A stretch of 64,000 bases of DNA, taken from contig JBHGNT010000004.1 of NCBI GenBank assembly GCA_043228905.1, positions 310,001 through 374,000 on the forward strand, written 5' to 3'. The position numbers and the translations under genes were made by a program. Source of the stretch: Azolla caroliniana (Eukaryota; Plantae; Polypodiophyta). How positions within the stretch are numbered: the stretch's first letter is position 1; each line of letters starts with the position of its first letter. The notes under the pieces are model-generated. The model was not told the origin of the DNA, did no database searches, and worked only from the letters and a program-made list of their open reading frames with translations. Of this stretch, positions 1-13,029 are shown piece by piece.

Positions 1-1241
1 GTTTGAACATTCATTCAACATTGTCCTATTGGAAACAAAATGGTTAATGCATAAATAAATGAATAAATGATAAAACAATATAAATGCAAATATTATATGG
101 CACAAATTCTTCATATGGAGCCATGTCCATCACACCCCCTAGTTTTTCGATCAAACCTTGAATACTTTACTCAAAAGTATGTAGAAAAGAAAAAGGAAAG
201 GTGATGTGTGTGGGCAAGGTATTACCGTGATTAATCTAGCTTTCAATCTAATTAGATTCACATGATATTCTCACGTGACTGTATTCTAACAATTTAGTTT
301 GACCTAATTACTCCGTTGTGATATGTTTATGTCATTCTTGCATGGTTTGATTTTAATTAAGTTGTACCATAATTAATAAAAATTTGTAAACCCCTCCAAT
401 CGATCAAACGATACACAATGCATTACCATCACCACAAACTACTACACAAAGTGTGTCAAGGCTGAGGCGTGTGATGCACATGCCACATAAGCACGTATAT
501 GAACAAATCATCGCACTTTTTAGCTGTGGACTAGATAAGTGATATAAGGTCATGTTTTTTTGTATGATACAATTATACATGTACTAAGAGCATATATGGC
601 CGCGCACACACACACACACACACACTATAACAAGTTTGTCTAACAACTAATCAATTTGATTCAAGTGGATTGGATGATAATATAATTATGTTGCATGGTA
701 ACAATTTAGTTTGATCGAATAGGGCCATATGATAATCTAGTAAGGCATCATGACAATGAATTAGCTTGATTGAATTGGGTTGGATGGTATTTTAATAGTT
801 TGATCAAATTAATTTTGTTCAATAATGTCAGAATGTTGCCTTAGTTTTGTCAAAAGAAAAATATATGGCGCTGTCAAGTTCTACGTCAATATACTATATA
901 AAAAACAACACAACCATACAATCAATGTTACTCCTATGTGTGTGTGTGTGTGTGTGTATACTAGGGGCATTTATAAATTTGTCATGTGATACCAAAAAGA
1001 ATCGAGAGAGTTGCAGATACATAATGTAAGGAAAGAAACAAAATTCTTGCTTGTTCTACATTGGTCGCTATTCAGGGTATGTCCCATGCTCGAGCAATTG
1101 TGATACAACTTGAACCTGTGGTAACAGGGGGGTTTGGAGGGGGATGAGGTAGAAACAAGAGGAGAGGATGTGTGAAATAGAGGCGAAAGGAGGGTAAATA
1201 GTTGGTTTTGTGATATTCAGTATTGGAGAACTTTTGAACAA

Positions 1242-1390
1242 GAGGGGTATTTCTGTAATTTATCGATCAATACGAGGGGTATTTTTGTAGTTTCCTTGAC
1301 AATAACAGCAGGTATTTCTGTAATTTCCTGGTCAATAGGAGGGGTATTTCTGTAAATCACTATCAATAGGAGGGATATTTCTGTAATTTC
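1242..1390. repeat. Degenerate ~32-35 bp minisatellite (5 units, core AGGGGTATTTCTGTAATTT) upstream of the first ARIADNE gene
   Basis: Core seen at ~1243, ~1275, ~1309, ~1340 and ~1371, with CAATA-containing spacers. Confidence 0.75.
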
Positions 1391-1527
1391 AGTGTTAATA
1401 CGAAAAAAGCAAGGAAGCCAATACATATATACACCGCAGAACCAAATATAAAATCAATAAATATATAAAAAGGCGTGTGTGTTTCATCTCTGTCTCTCCC
1501 GGTCTGCAAATCCTACATTGTTTCTGC

Positions 1528-1536
1528 AAACCCTAA
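1528..1536 (+). promoter_or_regulatory. Telo-box (AAACCCTAA) in the 5' region of the first ARIADNE gene; TATA-like ATATATAAAA at ~1461
   Basis: Exact AAACCCTAA 235 bp upstream of the ATG in a pyrimidine-rich 5'UTR-like context; motif match only. Confidence 0.4.
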
Positions 1537-1770
1537 TTCTCTCTGTACACTAGAATTAAAAAAGAAAAACCCATATTCATATGTCCTTTGTAAAACAAAC
1601 AAGCAGACAACCATATACAAACAAACCAATAATCCCTGCACAAATTTTCTCTCCCGCTTTTCTCCTTTCGTTTTCCTGATATATCCGTATGCTTTTATAC
1701 TCTTTCAGAAAGTCCCCTTATCTATTTGCCCCTGTTTTAAGAAAAATTAGGGAGATCAGTTTTTCCTTCT

Positions 1771-4700
1771 ATGGATTCCGAAGATGATATGCAAGATGCA
1801 CGATGCGAGACATCAGAAGAAGAAGATATCTATGGAAACGAAGATATAGAAGAATATGATTATAGCGATGGATTGATTGCTGATGATGACGAAGAAGGTG
1901 TCTATGAAGATGATGATTACGTGGCTCAATATAGCGCTGCTGATGATTCTCTTGGTTATAGCGAAAAACAAGTATGTAATTTCTCCTCAGATTGTTTTTT
2001 TATAATTTGTTTCTATATTTGATTTAAAAAATGTTTGCGCTTTAACCTTGTTTCCTTTTTCTCTGTCTATCAATTTAAAAATAATATGGAGTGGTTTATG
2101 CATATCCTTATAGTGTAATTTGTAAGTTGTGATAAATTCAGAATTTTTTTATGAGGGTTTATAACCCCTTAGAGCATCGTAATAAGGAGATATTAAATAA
2201 TGCACTTGTAAGGCTGACTTTCTGTCTTAGAAAAATTGTCCTAGTTCTGTGAAATATTCTCTTTAAATCCAATTGTTTGGATCTGCCGTCAATAAATTAT
2301 GAGATGCATTACAGCGGAAAGCTGGAAATAGTTGGAGTAAATTTTCCAAAGGGTTATTACCTTTTTGTGAAATGATGGGTTTTCTTAGTGCCTAGCATTA
2401 ATAGAAAATTGCTTTCTATTTTGAAAGTGAAGTATGGATGGATACCTCTGAAACTCTGAAATGTCTTAGAGTTAAAACCTCTAATCATCGAGATACATAT
2501 AATAAATTATTTCAACTAATTAAGATGAAGGTTTATTACCATTTGGTAGAACTATTCTCTTCGGACGTGCTCTCAATGCCTATTTCACAAAAGGCATATA
2601 GTATTTCAGTTAATGTTTTGTGATGGGATAGGAAGAGAAACTCAATAGCTAATCATTTCAGCCTGTGTACAATCTTGAGAATTACATGTGTGTACTTGTA
2701 TTTTAAATAAAGTCTCAATTGTTATGATAAATGCATAAGGTATGTGTGCATTAGGAGTCAAATGAAGGCTGTCATGATTATGTGTTGGGACTTAAGTTAA
2801 TGCCAAACTGTCGATCACCTGATAATTGACTGCCTCTCTATCTCTAACCCTAATTGGATGGTATCTTCATTTTTATCGGTTTATTCAAAGGTTATATTGT
2901 TGTTATTTCACAACAATATCCATTTGAGTGGTTCATGTCAATATCCATATTTTCTGATTGATGTTGTTAAGTTTGTTTTCTTTTGTATATTAAGTGTTTG
3001 TATGTGGTTCTTCTTTCTTTTGGTTGGAGTTCGTGTGCATGTTAGCGGGAGTCTTTCCAAACCTCGATCCACAGAAATTATAAGAGCAATAGCGATAATT
3101 CTTAGGGAAGTAAGATTACGGCGAATGGAGAATGTGCTGACATGGTTCTAAGAAAGAAGAAATAGGGCTAATATAGATTAAAAATCTGCTGAAGCCAAAA
3201 AGAAAATATGTCAGAAGATGAATGGAATTAAGGATAAGATGAGTGGAAAGTGTGCTGAAATGGAAGAGAAATAGGGAAATTTCAACATTAAATAAAAATA
3301 AAGAAATCTGGTTTTGCTTATGAGTCTGTGCCAACTCAAGTCACCTTGATACCAAAACATAATTTTATAAGTTTCAATAATGAAACATGGTTTTACACAT
3401 ACCCATTTTGGATAGAACATAATACTCAGATAATGCAAAGCAATGACATGCATCTGAAGAATAATTGCTGAGCCCCAAATGGTGAACTCTAAATCGAACC
3501 AGGGAGTAGAGAAGTAGTTTCTAGACTCGAGAGGGACTCTACTTCCTGGCATGGTACATCATATAGAAAACCTAACCATTACCTACTTTTAGGCTGTATA
3601 ATTGTTGTGTCCACCCTTGCATCTGAAGTAATATGTTCAATTCCTAGTTAATTGGAACACGTTACTATACTACCATGTTATCATTATTCTCTCTATCAGC
3701 TTTTTCTTCTCTGCTAATGAGCCATACAATAGGTAATTGTAATTTTTTTGCTATGTGGCTGGAAAATTGAGATATTATGTAAAGGAAATAACATGTTTCC
3801 CTGTTAACTAGGAAGGATAATGTAGATGTAGTGTTTGAAAATACAATTATGGAGTATGTGCTTTTTACAGATTCTAAGGATAATATAGATGTGTTGATTG
3901 AAAATACAGCTATGGAGGGTAATTTATGCAGATTGCATGTCAAAGAATCAGGGAAATCTCTATGTAATTAAATGCATGTAGAACGTTGGATTAGTGTGCA
4001 TCATTGGGTTTGGGTCAGGAGAAAATCTTGGAATGCTAGTATTTTCTGAGGCTATGCCTATCTGCTAGGGTGATTTTTGGTGAGAAACTTCAGCTGACAT
4101 GACACTTCAAACTATCCTTATTGTCCTGTTTTGACTTTGGGTGTCACGTGTGCAGTTGAATGTCTTTATAATTACCAGATTAACTGCTCTTTCACTATCG
4201 CAAAGAATTTATCCATTTTTGTTTTTTTGTATTCATGTGTTAATCATGTTCACGAGACTAAGTGCTTAAATTTTATTTATCTATTTGGGCATCAGCAACC
4301 TTTTGCTATCCTTACTGAAAAGGATATCCAGCAAAAGCAAGAGGAAGCCATTACAAGTGTTACGGCAGTGCTTTCCATAAGAAAATCAGATGCTGGTATC
4401 CTACTGCGAACTTATGATTGGTAAGGAGTGACCATTCTCTGATTTACCCAAAAAACTAACACATAATTCTATTCTGCTATGTATTAAAGTGTGCTGTATC
4501 ATCTGTATATCAATCTATTTTCTCCAAGTGTTGTGTCAGGTGTGTTAGTCGGGTTAATGAAGAATGGTTTGCTGATGAACCACGAGTTCGTGAACGAGTG
4601 GGACTACTTGAAAAGCCTGAAAAGGATGACATATTGATAATGGGACAAAGGCAGGATATTTCGGAGGTATAGATCTTTCACAAAATCATTGTTTGCCTGC

Positions 4701-7678
4701 TATGATTTATTCTACCCTCGTTTTAGTTAATGTTTCTTTGGTAATATTTACTTTTAAATGATTGTCAGATAAAATGTGGTATATGCTTAGAGTATCAAGC
4801 CACTGAGAGGATGCAAGCAGCACAATGTGACCATTACTTCTGTCTATCATGCTGGTCAGGTAATAGAGGCTAGCTTTATATATACATTCTTATATATAAG
4901 TTGATGTTTCAATGAAATTCTTTAGCTTTAGCCAAAGAATTGTGCCTTGTGATTGTATAGGTTACATCCATACAGCTATAAATGATGGTCCTGGCTGTCT
5001 GTCTTTACGGTGTCCCAGTCTTGATTGTAACGCTGCGATAGGAGAAGAGCTAGTTCTTCCTTTGGTTTCAGAAGAAGACCGGAAAAAATACATGCGTTAC
5101 ATATTGAGGTCTTATGTTGAAGCTAATCGGAAGGTAAGAGTACCTCTTATCATGTATTGATATATACATATACACATATAATATTATGTTTTGTCTTTTT
5201 ATGATATTAAGTTCCCATGCTTTTTGCTGTATTGGGATTTATCAGGCAAAATGGTGTCCTGCCCCTGGATGTGAGTTTGCTGTTGAGGTTATGCCTGGAA
5301 GTGCTCTGCAAGATGTGGTTTGTGGGTGTGGGCACAACTTCTGTTGGAATGTATGTTATTTGAATTATCTTATCCAATTCTTTTGAAATCTATTGATGTA
5401 TGTTATTTGAAATCGTTCAAGGTAAATGCTATATCCATCAGAGGAAATATAGGTGAAAATGATTGATAATTGATTGATGTTTCTCTTGAAGTGCTGTGAA
5501 GAAGCGCATAGGCCTGTGGAATGTACCACAGTAGCTCGATGGATTTTGAAGAACTCGGCAGAATCTGAGAACATGAACTGGTATGTGTGCTTTTGCTTAA
5601 TTTCACATATTGCCACTATCATTAGGTACTATAACGGTTTAACAATTGATATATAATTCACATTTTTCAATTCACACCCAATATACAATTCAGTTTATAT
5701 GTAATTCATAATTAATATGTTATTCCACATGTTACTTTAACAGGATTCTTGCAAATTCCAAACCTTGTCCCAAGTGTAAACGGCCTATTGAGAAAAATCA
5801 GGGGTGTATGCATATAACTTGCACACCGCCCTGTAAATTTGAGTTTTGTTGGTAATAACGAGTTTTAAAAACCTCACAATCTCTTACTCTTTACAATTTC
5901 AAATGTTTATGTGGATATCTGAGTTTGAGCTGGGTGGTTACGACAATTTACGAACAGGTTGTGTCTTGGAGCATGGACCGAACACGGTGAAAGGACGGGC
6001 GGTTTCTATGCTTGCAATCGGTATGAGTCCGAAAAGAAAGAGGGAAAAGTACGTATATTCTATGTGACCGTTGTTATTTTCTTCTTTTTTTCGCATTCAT
6101 CAGGGGATTATTTCGATATGTACAATCAGTATGAATTCAAGAAGAAAAAATAAGAAGTATGTGTGTTGCATGTGAATGTTGTTTTATTTTTTATTTTGCT
6201 TTCATAAGAGGAATTTCCAGATTTGATTAAATTGCATGTAATTCATTTCTAGCATGACGACACTGAGCGCAGGAGGGAAATGGCGAAGAACAGCCTTGAA
6301 AGGTATACTCATTTCTATGAGAGGTGGGCGTCCAATGAACAATCCAGGGCAAAAGCACTATCTGATCTTCATCAGATGCAGGGATCTCAAGTATGAATAT
6401 GCAATTGATGTTTCTATGCATTTATTTTCTTTAGAAATAGTTCTGTTTCTCTATGCTTGTGCATAACTATATAACTGTATGCTTATACATGTATACGATA
6501 TTTTAACGTTTCAGATGGAGAAGCTAAGTGACAGGCAATCTCTTCCAGTATCTCAACTGAAATTCATTACAGAAGCATGGCTTCAGGTGTCTTTTTGATG
6601 ATGTGTAACCTCAATTAACACATTATATGTAATAAACCGCACATTTCAATCACTTGCTTCTCATAAAGCTTTGTTATTATTATTATTTATCTGTATGAAG
6701 ATAGTAGAATGTCGTCGGGTTCTGAAGTGGACATATGCATATGGATACTATCTTCCTGAAGAAGACATTGCGAAGAAGCGTTTCTTTGAATACTTGCAAG
6801 GTTAGGTTTCTTTTGGTAGTGTGATGGTGATTCTATTTATGCGTTTTTGTGTGTGCAGTCAAATTTCTTTTTACAAAGAAGTTTTTGTGATCAGGGGAGG
6901 CAGAGGCAGGGTTGGAACGACTGCATCAATGTGCAGAAAAGGATATAAGAGCTCATTTTGAAGGGGATAAATCTGAAGAAAGTTCCTTCAACGAATTCAG
7001 GACAAAGTTGGCTGGTTTGACAAGGTTGGTTTTAACTAAAATTTCATAAACCACTGTATAAAAAATAGTGGGATATGGCGTTGCTTTTCTTTCCTTTAAA
7101 CATACACACATATTATATACAGAGCCCTATATAAACGAACACACATATTATATACACACCCATATATAAACATACACACATATTATATACACACCCATAT
7201 ATAAACGTAGAGTGAATAGCCCACCTAGTTTAGTTAATAAAAAACAAAATTTAATAAAACCTGAAGAAGGACAGAAGATGTTAGTTGTAATATAAGACAA
7301 TATTCATAATAGATTCCTTGGGAAATTTTCGAATACAAATTACTGGTTTTAAAAGTGTGGAAGAAGTTGCTACTTACGTATTTATTTATTGTTTTTATTT
7401 GTTCTAGTGTGACGAAGAACTACTTCCAGAACCTTGTGCAAGCCCTTGAGACTGGGTTAGCTGATGTCAACAGCTCGATGACGGCGAAGTCAAAGGGTCA
7501 ACCGTTAGGGAAGGGTCGAAGTGGAAAGTTAAAGATTACTTATGGTTCATCTAAAGGTGGGAGCTCCAGTAGAGTGGTCGATGATGATGGTCATTGGTAT
7601 TGTGAGCACTGCACATATGCAAACATGGGGCCGTTTTTGGTTTGTTCTATGTGCCACCTTCAAAATCCTCAAAACTAA
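1771..7678 (+). CDS. ARI8: ARIADNE RBR-type E3 ubiquitin ligase, plant ARI7/ARI8 clade, with a C-terminal RanBP2-type zinc finger (14 exons)
   Basis: GT-AG exons read by eye: 1771-1971, 4296-4420, 4540-4666, 4769-4859, 4961-5133, 5246-5350, 5492-5580, 5744-5851, 5958-6048, 6253-6390, 6515-6586, 6701-6800, 6895-7024, 7408-7678. Acidic N-terminus ([10 protein letters not shown]), RING1 ([20 protein letters not shown]), IBR ([27 protein letters not shown]), RING2 ([31 protein letters not shown]), Ariadne domain ([15 protein letters not shown]), terminal [17 protein letters not shown]7 vs ARI8 orthology is uncertain. Confidence 0.93.
7097..7207. repeat. 35-bp intronic minisatellite, 3 copies
   Basis: TAAACATACACACATATTATATACACACCCATATA-like unit repeated three times in the last ARI intron. 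Confidence 0.85.
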
Positions 7679-10049
7679 CATATCTATATTGTTTAATCGC
7701 AAATATAAGCCTTGATTATTCTCCATGCCTTGCCCAACCCACATCCCAGCTCCCAATTACAATTGAATCCTGACATACATTTTTGTATTTTCCCTCTCTT
7801 TCGACAGCCCTCGTCATTCTTCCCTATCTTGCTTTTTGCAAGAAGAGAAAGAAGCGCGTTTCAGTAGCTATCTCTAGAACCTTGCTAGAGACCAACAATT
7901 TCTTGCAGTCCTCTACTTTGTTGGTTCTTATTATGTGATTATTATGGTGAATATGTACATATCATTTGTATGTATATAATACTCGTACAAACCCATGATG
8001 GAGAAAAAGAAGAAAAGTCTTCCACTAAAAGACTAGTGGGAATCTTGTGTCCAGTTCTAATGCAAAAATATTTGTAGTGATTATTGGTTGAAAAAAAAAG
8101 TGTGTCTCCCACTTATGTTGAATATATTATTATATCTTGACATTTCATCTAGTATTTTGAGTGATGTGGTATATTTACTACTATTTTGTTACTTGTGCAA
8201 AGGGTTTTTGTGAGAAGAAACAAATGCATTTGAGAGGATAGGGTATTTTTCAATCCTGTGACAATAAGAATCCCTTCTATAAAAGTGTTTCTTTTTAGGT
8301 AGATGTTAGACACATTTTGTCCAACTTTGCTTGCTCGCTCACACACACATTTATATATTAAGGTTGATATGCCTCTCTTTGCAGGAGTTTTTGGCATATA
8401 ACAAATGTATGTCACTTAATAATAATGATAATGCTTCTTCGATTGGGCTGGAAATACTTGAGCATCTAATGTGAATGGCAATGTCAATAATTAGAAAGGG
8501 CTCTTTTTGACACATTGTAGACACATGCTATGAATGCCATCTTTTTATATTCTGAGCTATGCTGTCATATTTATATTGTTTTGAGCTATGTTGTCTATCA
8601 CTAGCCATCAAATCTCATAAGGTATATGAATTGCAATGTCTATAATTAGAAGTGGCGCTTTTTGACCCATTGCAAACACATGCATTGGCACTCAAGTATC
8701 ATACGGCATATAGGTCTGCAATTTCAAATATTGTGATTATCTTGTCACTCATTGTTGGTTTTCATGAGTTGTGATATAATATATTAGTAGTGACCTTGAG
8801 GTTTTGTATGATCTTGACAAAAAATGCTTGAAGAATTGTTATGATGTATGCACCATTAAATTTGTTCATGGAACTTGAAACCTACAAAGAGAGCACACAC
8901 TCAATGGATAAATCATAATTTACAAGCTTTGTCATTACATTTTATTTTAAGAAATTTATAAGTTGAGCTTTGGAACCTAAATACTAGATTAATGATTTGG
9001 ATGTCATAACTATTTTAGCAAAATGAATGAAGTCAATGCTTTCACATAGTGGACATTACTTTATATCTCTCAATTGTTTTTTTTAAAGGTTTCTTATGTA
9101 AAGAGCCCATCGTAAGACCCGAAAGACTTATGTTTGTCATTGTCATGAAGTGAAGGTGAGATCATAAGAACCGAATGAATATTATGTTCAATTTACTTAT
9201 TAAGCTCATTTGCCCCCATGCAATGAGCTTGTGCATAAAAATGTTTGCTTTTATAGACGTGGTTCAAGATGATGCCAATTTCTTGCTTGTAGCATGAACA
9301 TAATGATGTTGAAATCAAATATAATGTATGGGCGGTCCTATGCTTGAATTTGGAATTGAATGAAGTGCATTTTTCTTTTGATATTAGCATAAGCATAAAT
9401 TTAAGGAATTATTTAGCAGAAGCTGTGTTGAGAAATATAGCAATATATTAGTTACGTTCAATATCTATGTAAGATGATTTTATCCGCACATAGATGTTTG
9501 TTATGTGTATTTTCTAGAAGGATGAGAATGCAACCTATAAATTAAAGATTCTCTATGCAATAACTGGAGAAGCGTTCCTAGAGAATAATGTATCACACGT
9601 TGAAGTAGCGCAGTGGCATTCAATGACGACATATGTGGATGCTAGATTTTGATACTTCATTTCATTTGTGTAGAAAGTAGCGTGCGGAAGCAGGTATGAA
9701 GACAGAACAGAGGAAGGAAACTCAGGTTCAATGGAGAGCTTGAGCTTACACGGTATACGCGGGAGAGACAGAGAGAGTAAGAGAGAAGACACAAAAACTA
9801 TATTCAACAATAATACTCAGTCTGTACATAAGACGTGCTCAGTGAACACTTTTATACAAGTCTTAGAAGGACTGACCGAAGTACTGACAATACTTCAATG
9901 CTCATTAAGAGCTCCTACACTAATTCCCAAATATATTCCTCACGGAATATCTTTCCTAACGGCCTCCCGGTTTACGCACTCGGCCTAACCGATCAGTCCT
10001 CGGCTTCTTTAGCCGATCCAGCCGATCCAGCCAATGTTGAGCTTGTCTC

Positions 10050-11700
10050 TCAACACTCCCCCTCAAGCTCAACTTGAGGCTCTTCGGGATCCTCGGGCTC
10101 ACAACTCTGGTTCCTCTTGGCTTCACGCCTTGCTCGCGCTCCTCGACCTATTCGACTCCGCGCGCTTCGACCCTTCTGGTCGGCTTGTCTGCTCATGCGG
10201 CCTTTATCAGCTCTTTTGTTGTTGCGGTATTGATGCTTCTCCTGCTGCCTTTTCTTCCGCTTGGGCCTCGGTTGATTCAGCGTATCTGAATCAAACATCC
10301 GAACCGACTCGACTACCTCTGATTGGTTTTCGCTCTCGTCCGAGTTGGCTGTCTCCAACTTGTCTTCGGTCTTCTCGCCCTTGATGGCGTCGTCTCCCCC
10401 ATGCGTGGTTGGCTTCGGCTCTCTCCTTCGACTGCTCCCCTTCTGTCCGCTTCCGGACTTCTCCGCGGGTCCGCCCTCGGCTTCTTCAGTCGATCCGAAA
10501 TCGAACTCAACAACCGACTCGGTGTCGCGGTCTCCGCTCCTTTCCTGCTGCCTTGCTTGGTCGTTCGGGACTGTTCTCCCCCTCAAGTTTGGCATATCGA
10601 GGTGACGCAATCCGAGCGCACCTGAGAATTGCCGCAACTTGTCCAAACCAAGAGGCTTTGTGAAGATGTCGGCAGTCTGCCGATCCGTCGGCACGTATTG
10701 AAGTTCGACTTCACCGGAAAGGACACGCTCACGGACAAAATGGTAGTGCATCTCAATGTGCTTGGTTCGTGCGTGGAAAACGGGGTTTTTCGCGAGCTGG
10801 ATACTGCTGAGGTTGTCGCAGTAGATCGTCGTCGGATCTGACACCTCCACTTGCAGGTCCTTAAGTAGCCGCTTCAACCATATGGCTTCGCATGTCGCGA
10901 CAGCCGCTCCTCGGTACTCAGCTTCGGTGCTCGACAATGCAATTGTCGGCTGCTTCTTACTGCTCCACGCAATCGCGGCACTCCCGAGGGAGAATGCGTA
11001 TCCAGACGTGGATCGGCGATCGACGGTATTGCCAACCCAATCAGCATCGGTGTAGCCGACTAACTGCGCGGCTTCACCGGTCCGATATAGCAGTCCCCGG
11101 TTCTTAGTGCCGTTGACATACCGAAGTATGCGTTGCGCACACTGAAGGTGCTCCTCGGTAGGTCGCGCCATGAACTGACTGATCACTCCGACCGGATAAC
11201 TGAGGTCAGGTCGGGTGATGGTCAAGTATATGAGGCTTCCGACAATTTGTCAGAACCTCATCGGGTCGCATACCTTTCCCGTATCGGGACGAAGCTTGAT
11301 GGTTCTATCCAGAGGAGTCGAGACGGACTTACAGTCGGCCATCTCGAGTTTGAAGAGCATACTTAGCACGTAATGACGTTGGCTGATCAATATGCCTCCA
11401 GGGGTACGGATCACTTCGATCCCGAGGAAGTAATGAAGGTCCCCTAGATCCTTCATGTCGAACGATGCCGCAAGCTGAAGCTTCACGCAGTCAATTTCTC
11501 CTAGGTCGGCGCCGGTGATGACCAAGTCATCAACATATAGTAAAGTACTAACCGGTCCGAGTCGACCTTGCCGGATGAACATGGAAGAGTCTGATTTTGA
11601 CGTGACGAAGCCCATCCAACACAGTTGTTGCGTGATCTTCGCGTTCCAGGCATGCGGGGCTTGCTTCAGTCCATAAAGGGACTTCTTCAATCGGCAAACT
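10050..11700 (-). pseudogene. Copia RT C-terminal part + RNase H with a ~170-aa charged C-terminal extension
   Basis: VCRLKKSLYGLKQAP, LYVDDL, MKDLG, YTDADW, SSTEAEY, IYCDN, ADIFTK; internal stop at ~11250; ORF ends inside the LTR (GEC*). Confidence 0.88.
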
Positions 11701-13029
11701 GCCGTCTCTGCGCCCTTGCGCAATCACATGGCCTTCTTCCTCAATGAAGCACCCGAGGTGTGTAAACCGAACCTCCATCCCTTGGTCGACGATCTGTCCG
11801 ACCGAGACCAAGTTCTTCGTGATTGTCGGAATGTGTAGCACGTTCATGAGTTTCCCTTTCTGCCCGACATGGCTAAGGGGAACTTCTCCGACATTCGCGA
11901 TCGGATGCGAAGTGTCGTCTCCAGTTGCGACTACTCCAGATTGCATCGGTTTTTCAAGGTACGAGAACCACTCCTTATGGCTCGTCATGTGGTTTGACGC
12001 GCCGGAGTCTACGTACCACACCTCGTCTGATCTCGAGGTGCTCCGTTTCATTGAGTTTGCTTCGTGTCTAGTCACGAAGACAGACCCTTCTCCGGCTCTC
12101 CCGGAGTCTTTGGCATAATGCAATTGTTGCCGATCTCCCTTGTCGGTATGTCCAGAGCCGTTTCCGGAACCGGTTCTCTCCGAATCGGCGCGCTTCTTCC
12201 AGCACTCGCTTTCCCTGTGGCCTTTCTTGCCACAGTACTAGCACTCCGCGATGGCCTTCCCTTGCCGGTTCTCATCGCTTCGACTCCCCCTGTTTCCGGA
12301 GGGTCCAGAGTTGCTGTCGGCATCACTTTGGTGCCTTCTTCCTTGATCTCGTCGGCCGCCTCCATTGCGTGCCGACTCGCCTCGTCCTCCACATCCACGA
12401 GGCCTATCTCCCTCCGTGTACAACATTCTGTTGTCGGCGTGCGTGCTTGTAGACGCACCCGCGTGGTTCTCCTCTACCAGGAGCATCGACTGTAAGTAAA
12501 AAAAGGACGGCGTATTCTCCCGGGTACACACAGCCGTTCGGAACGCTCCGAACTTCGACGCCAAACCTCCGAGACAGATCTGGACCATCTCGCTCTCCTC
12601 GATGTTCACCTCTATGGAGGCGAGGGAGTCGCAGATATCCTTGATCTTCGAGGTATAGTCCGCCATCGACAAATCGCGTTGTCGTAGGTTGCTCAACTCC
12701 TGTCGGAGCTGAAGTTTCCTGGTGGTGGTGCTCGCGGCGAAAATCTTCTTCAGATTTTCCCACGCACCCTTCGGCGTCTTTGCATCCCGAACATAGCTCA
12801 ATAGTTGTTCGCCCACACACGATGTGAAGCAGTATAGTACCCTGCTCGCCGATTGCTCCCACGACGGGAAGTCTCTGTGTGTCGATTCGGGTGCCGCGTC
12901 ATTAGCTCCTTCAACATAACTCCAGTAGTCGTGCCCGAGCAGGTACTGGTGCATCTTGTAGGACCAAGACGTGTAGTTGGTTCTGTCGAGCTTCTCTGTT
13001 GGAAGCGAGCTCGCCATGCCTCTATCCAT
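11701..13029 (-). pseudogene. Copia gag + zinc knuckle + aspartic protease (premature TAG in the zinc knuckle)
   Basis: EKLDRTNYTSW gag start; C*YCGKKGHRESEC knuckle; WYVDSGASNHMT protease; frame runs to QGRRDG at the deletion junction. Confidence 0.9.

Noticed and set aside
8440-9470. Possible hAT transposase remnant (HRTAHTLYLI resembles CxAHxLxL)
   Set aside because: Only one weak motif, with no TIR or TSD
10034-12495. Several + strand ORFs antisense to the copia
   Set aside because: Shadow ORFs of GC-rich pol coding sequence, with no motifs
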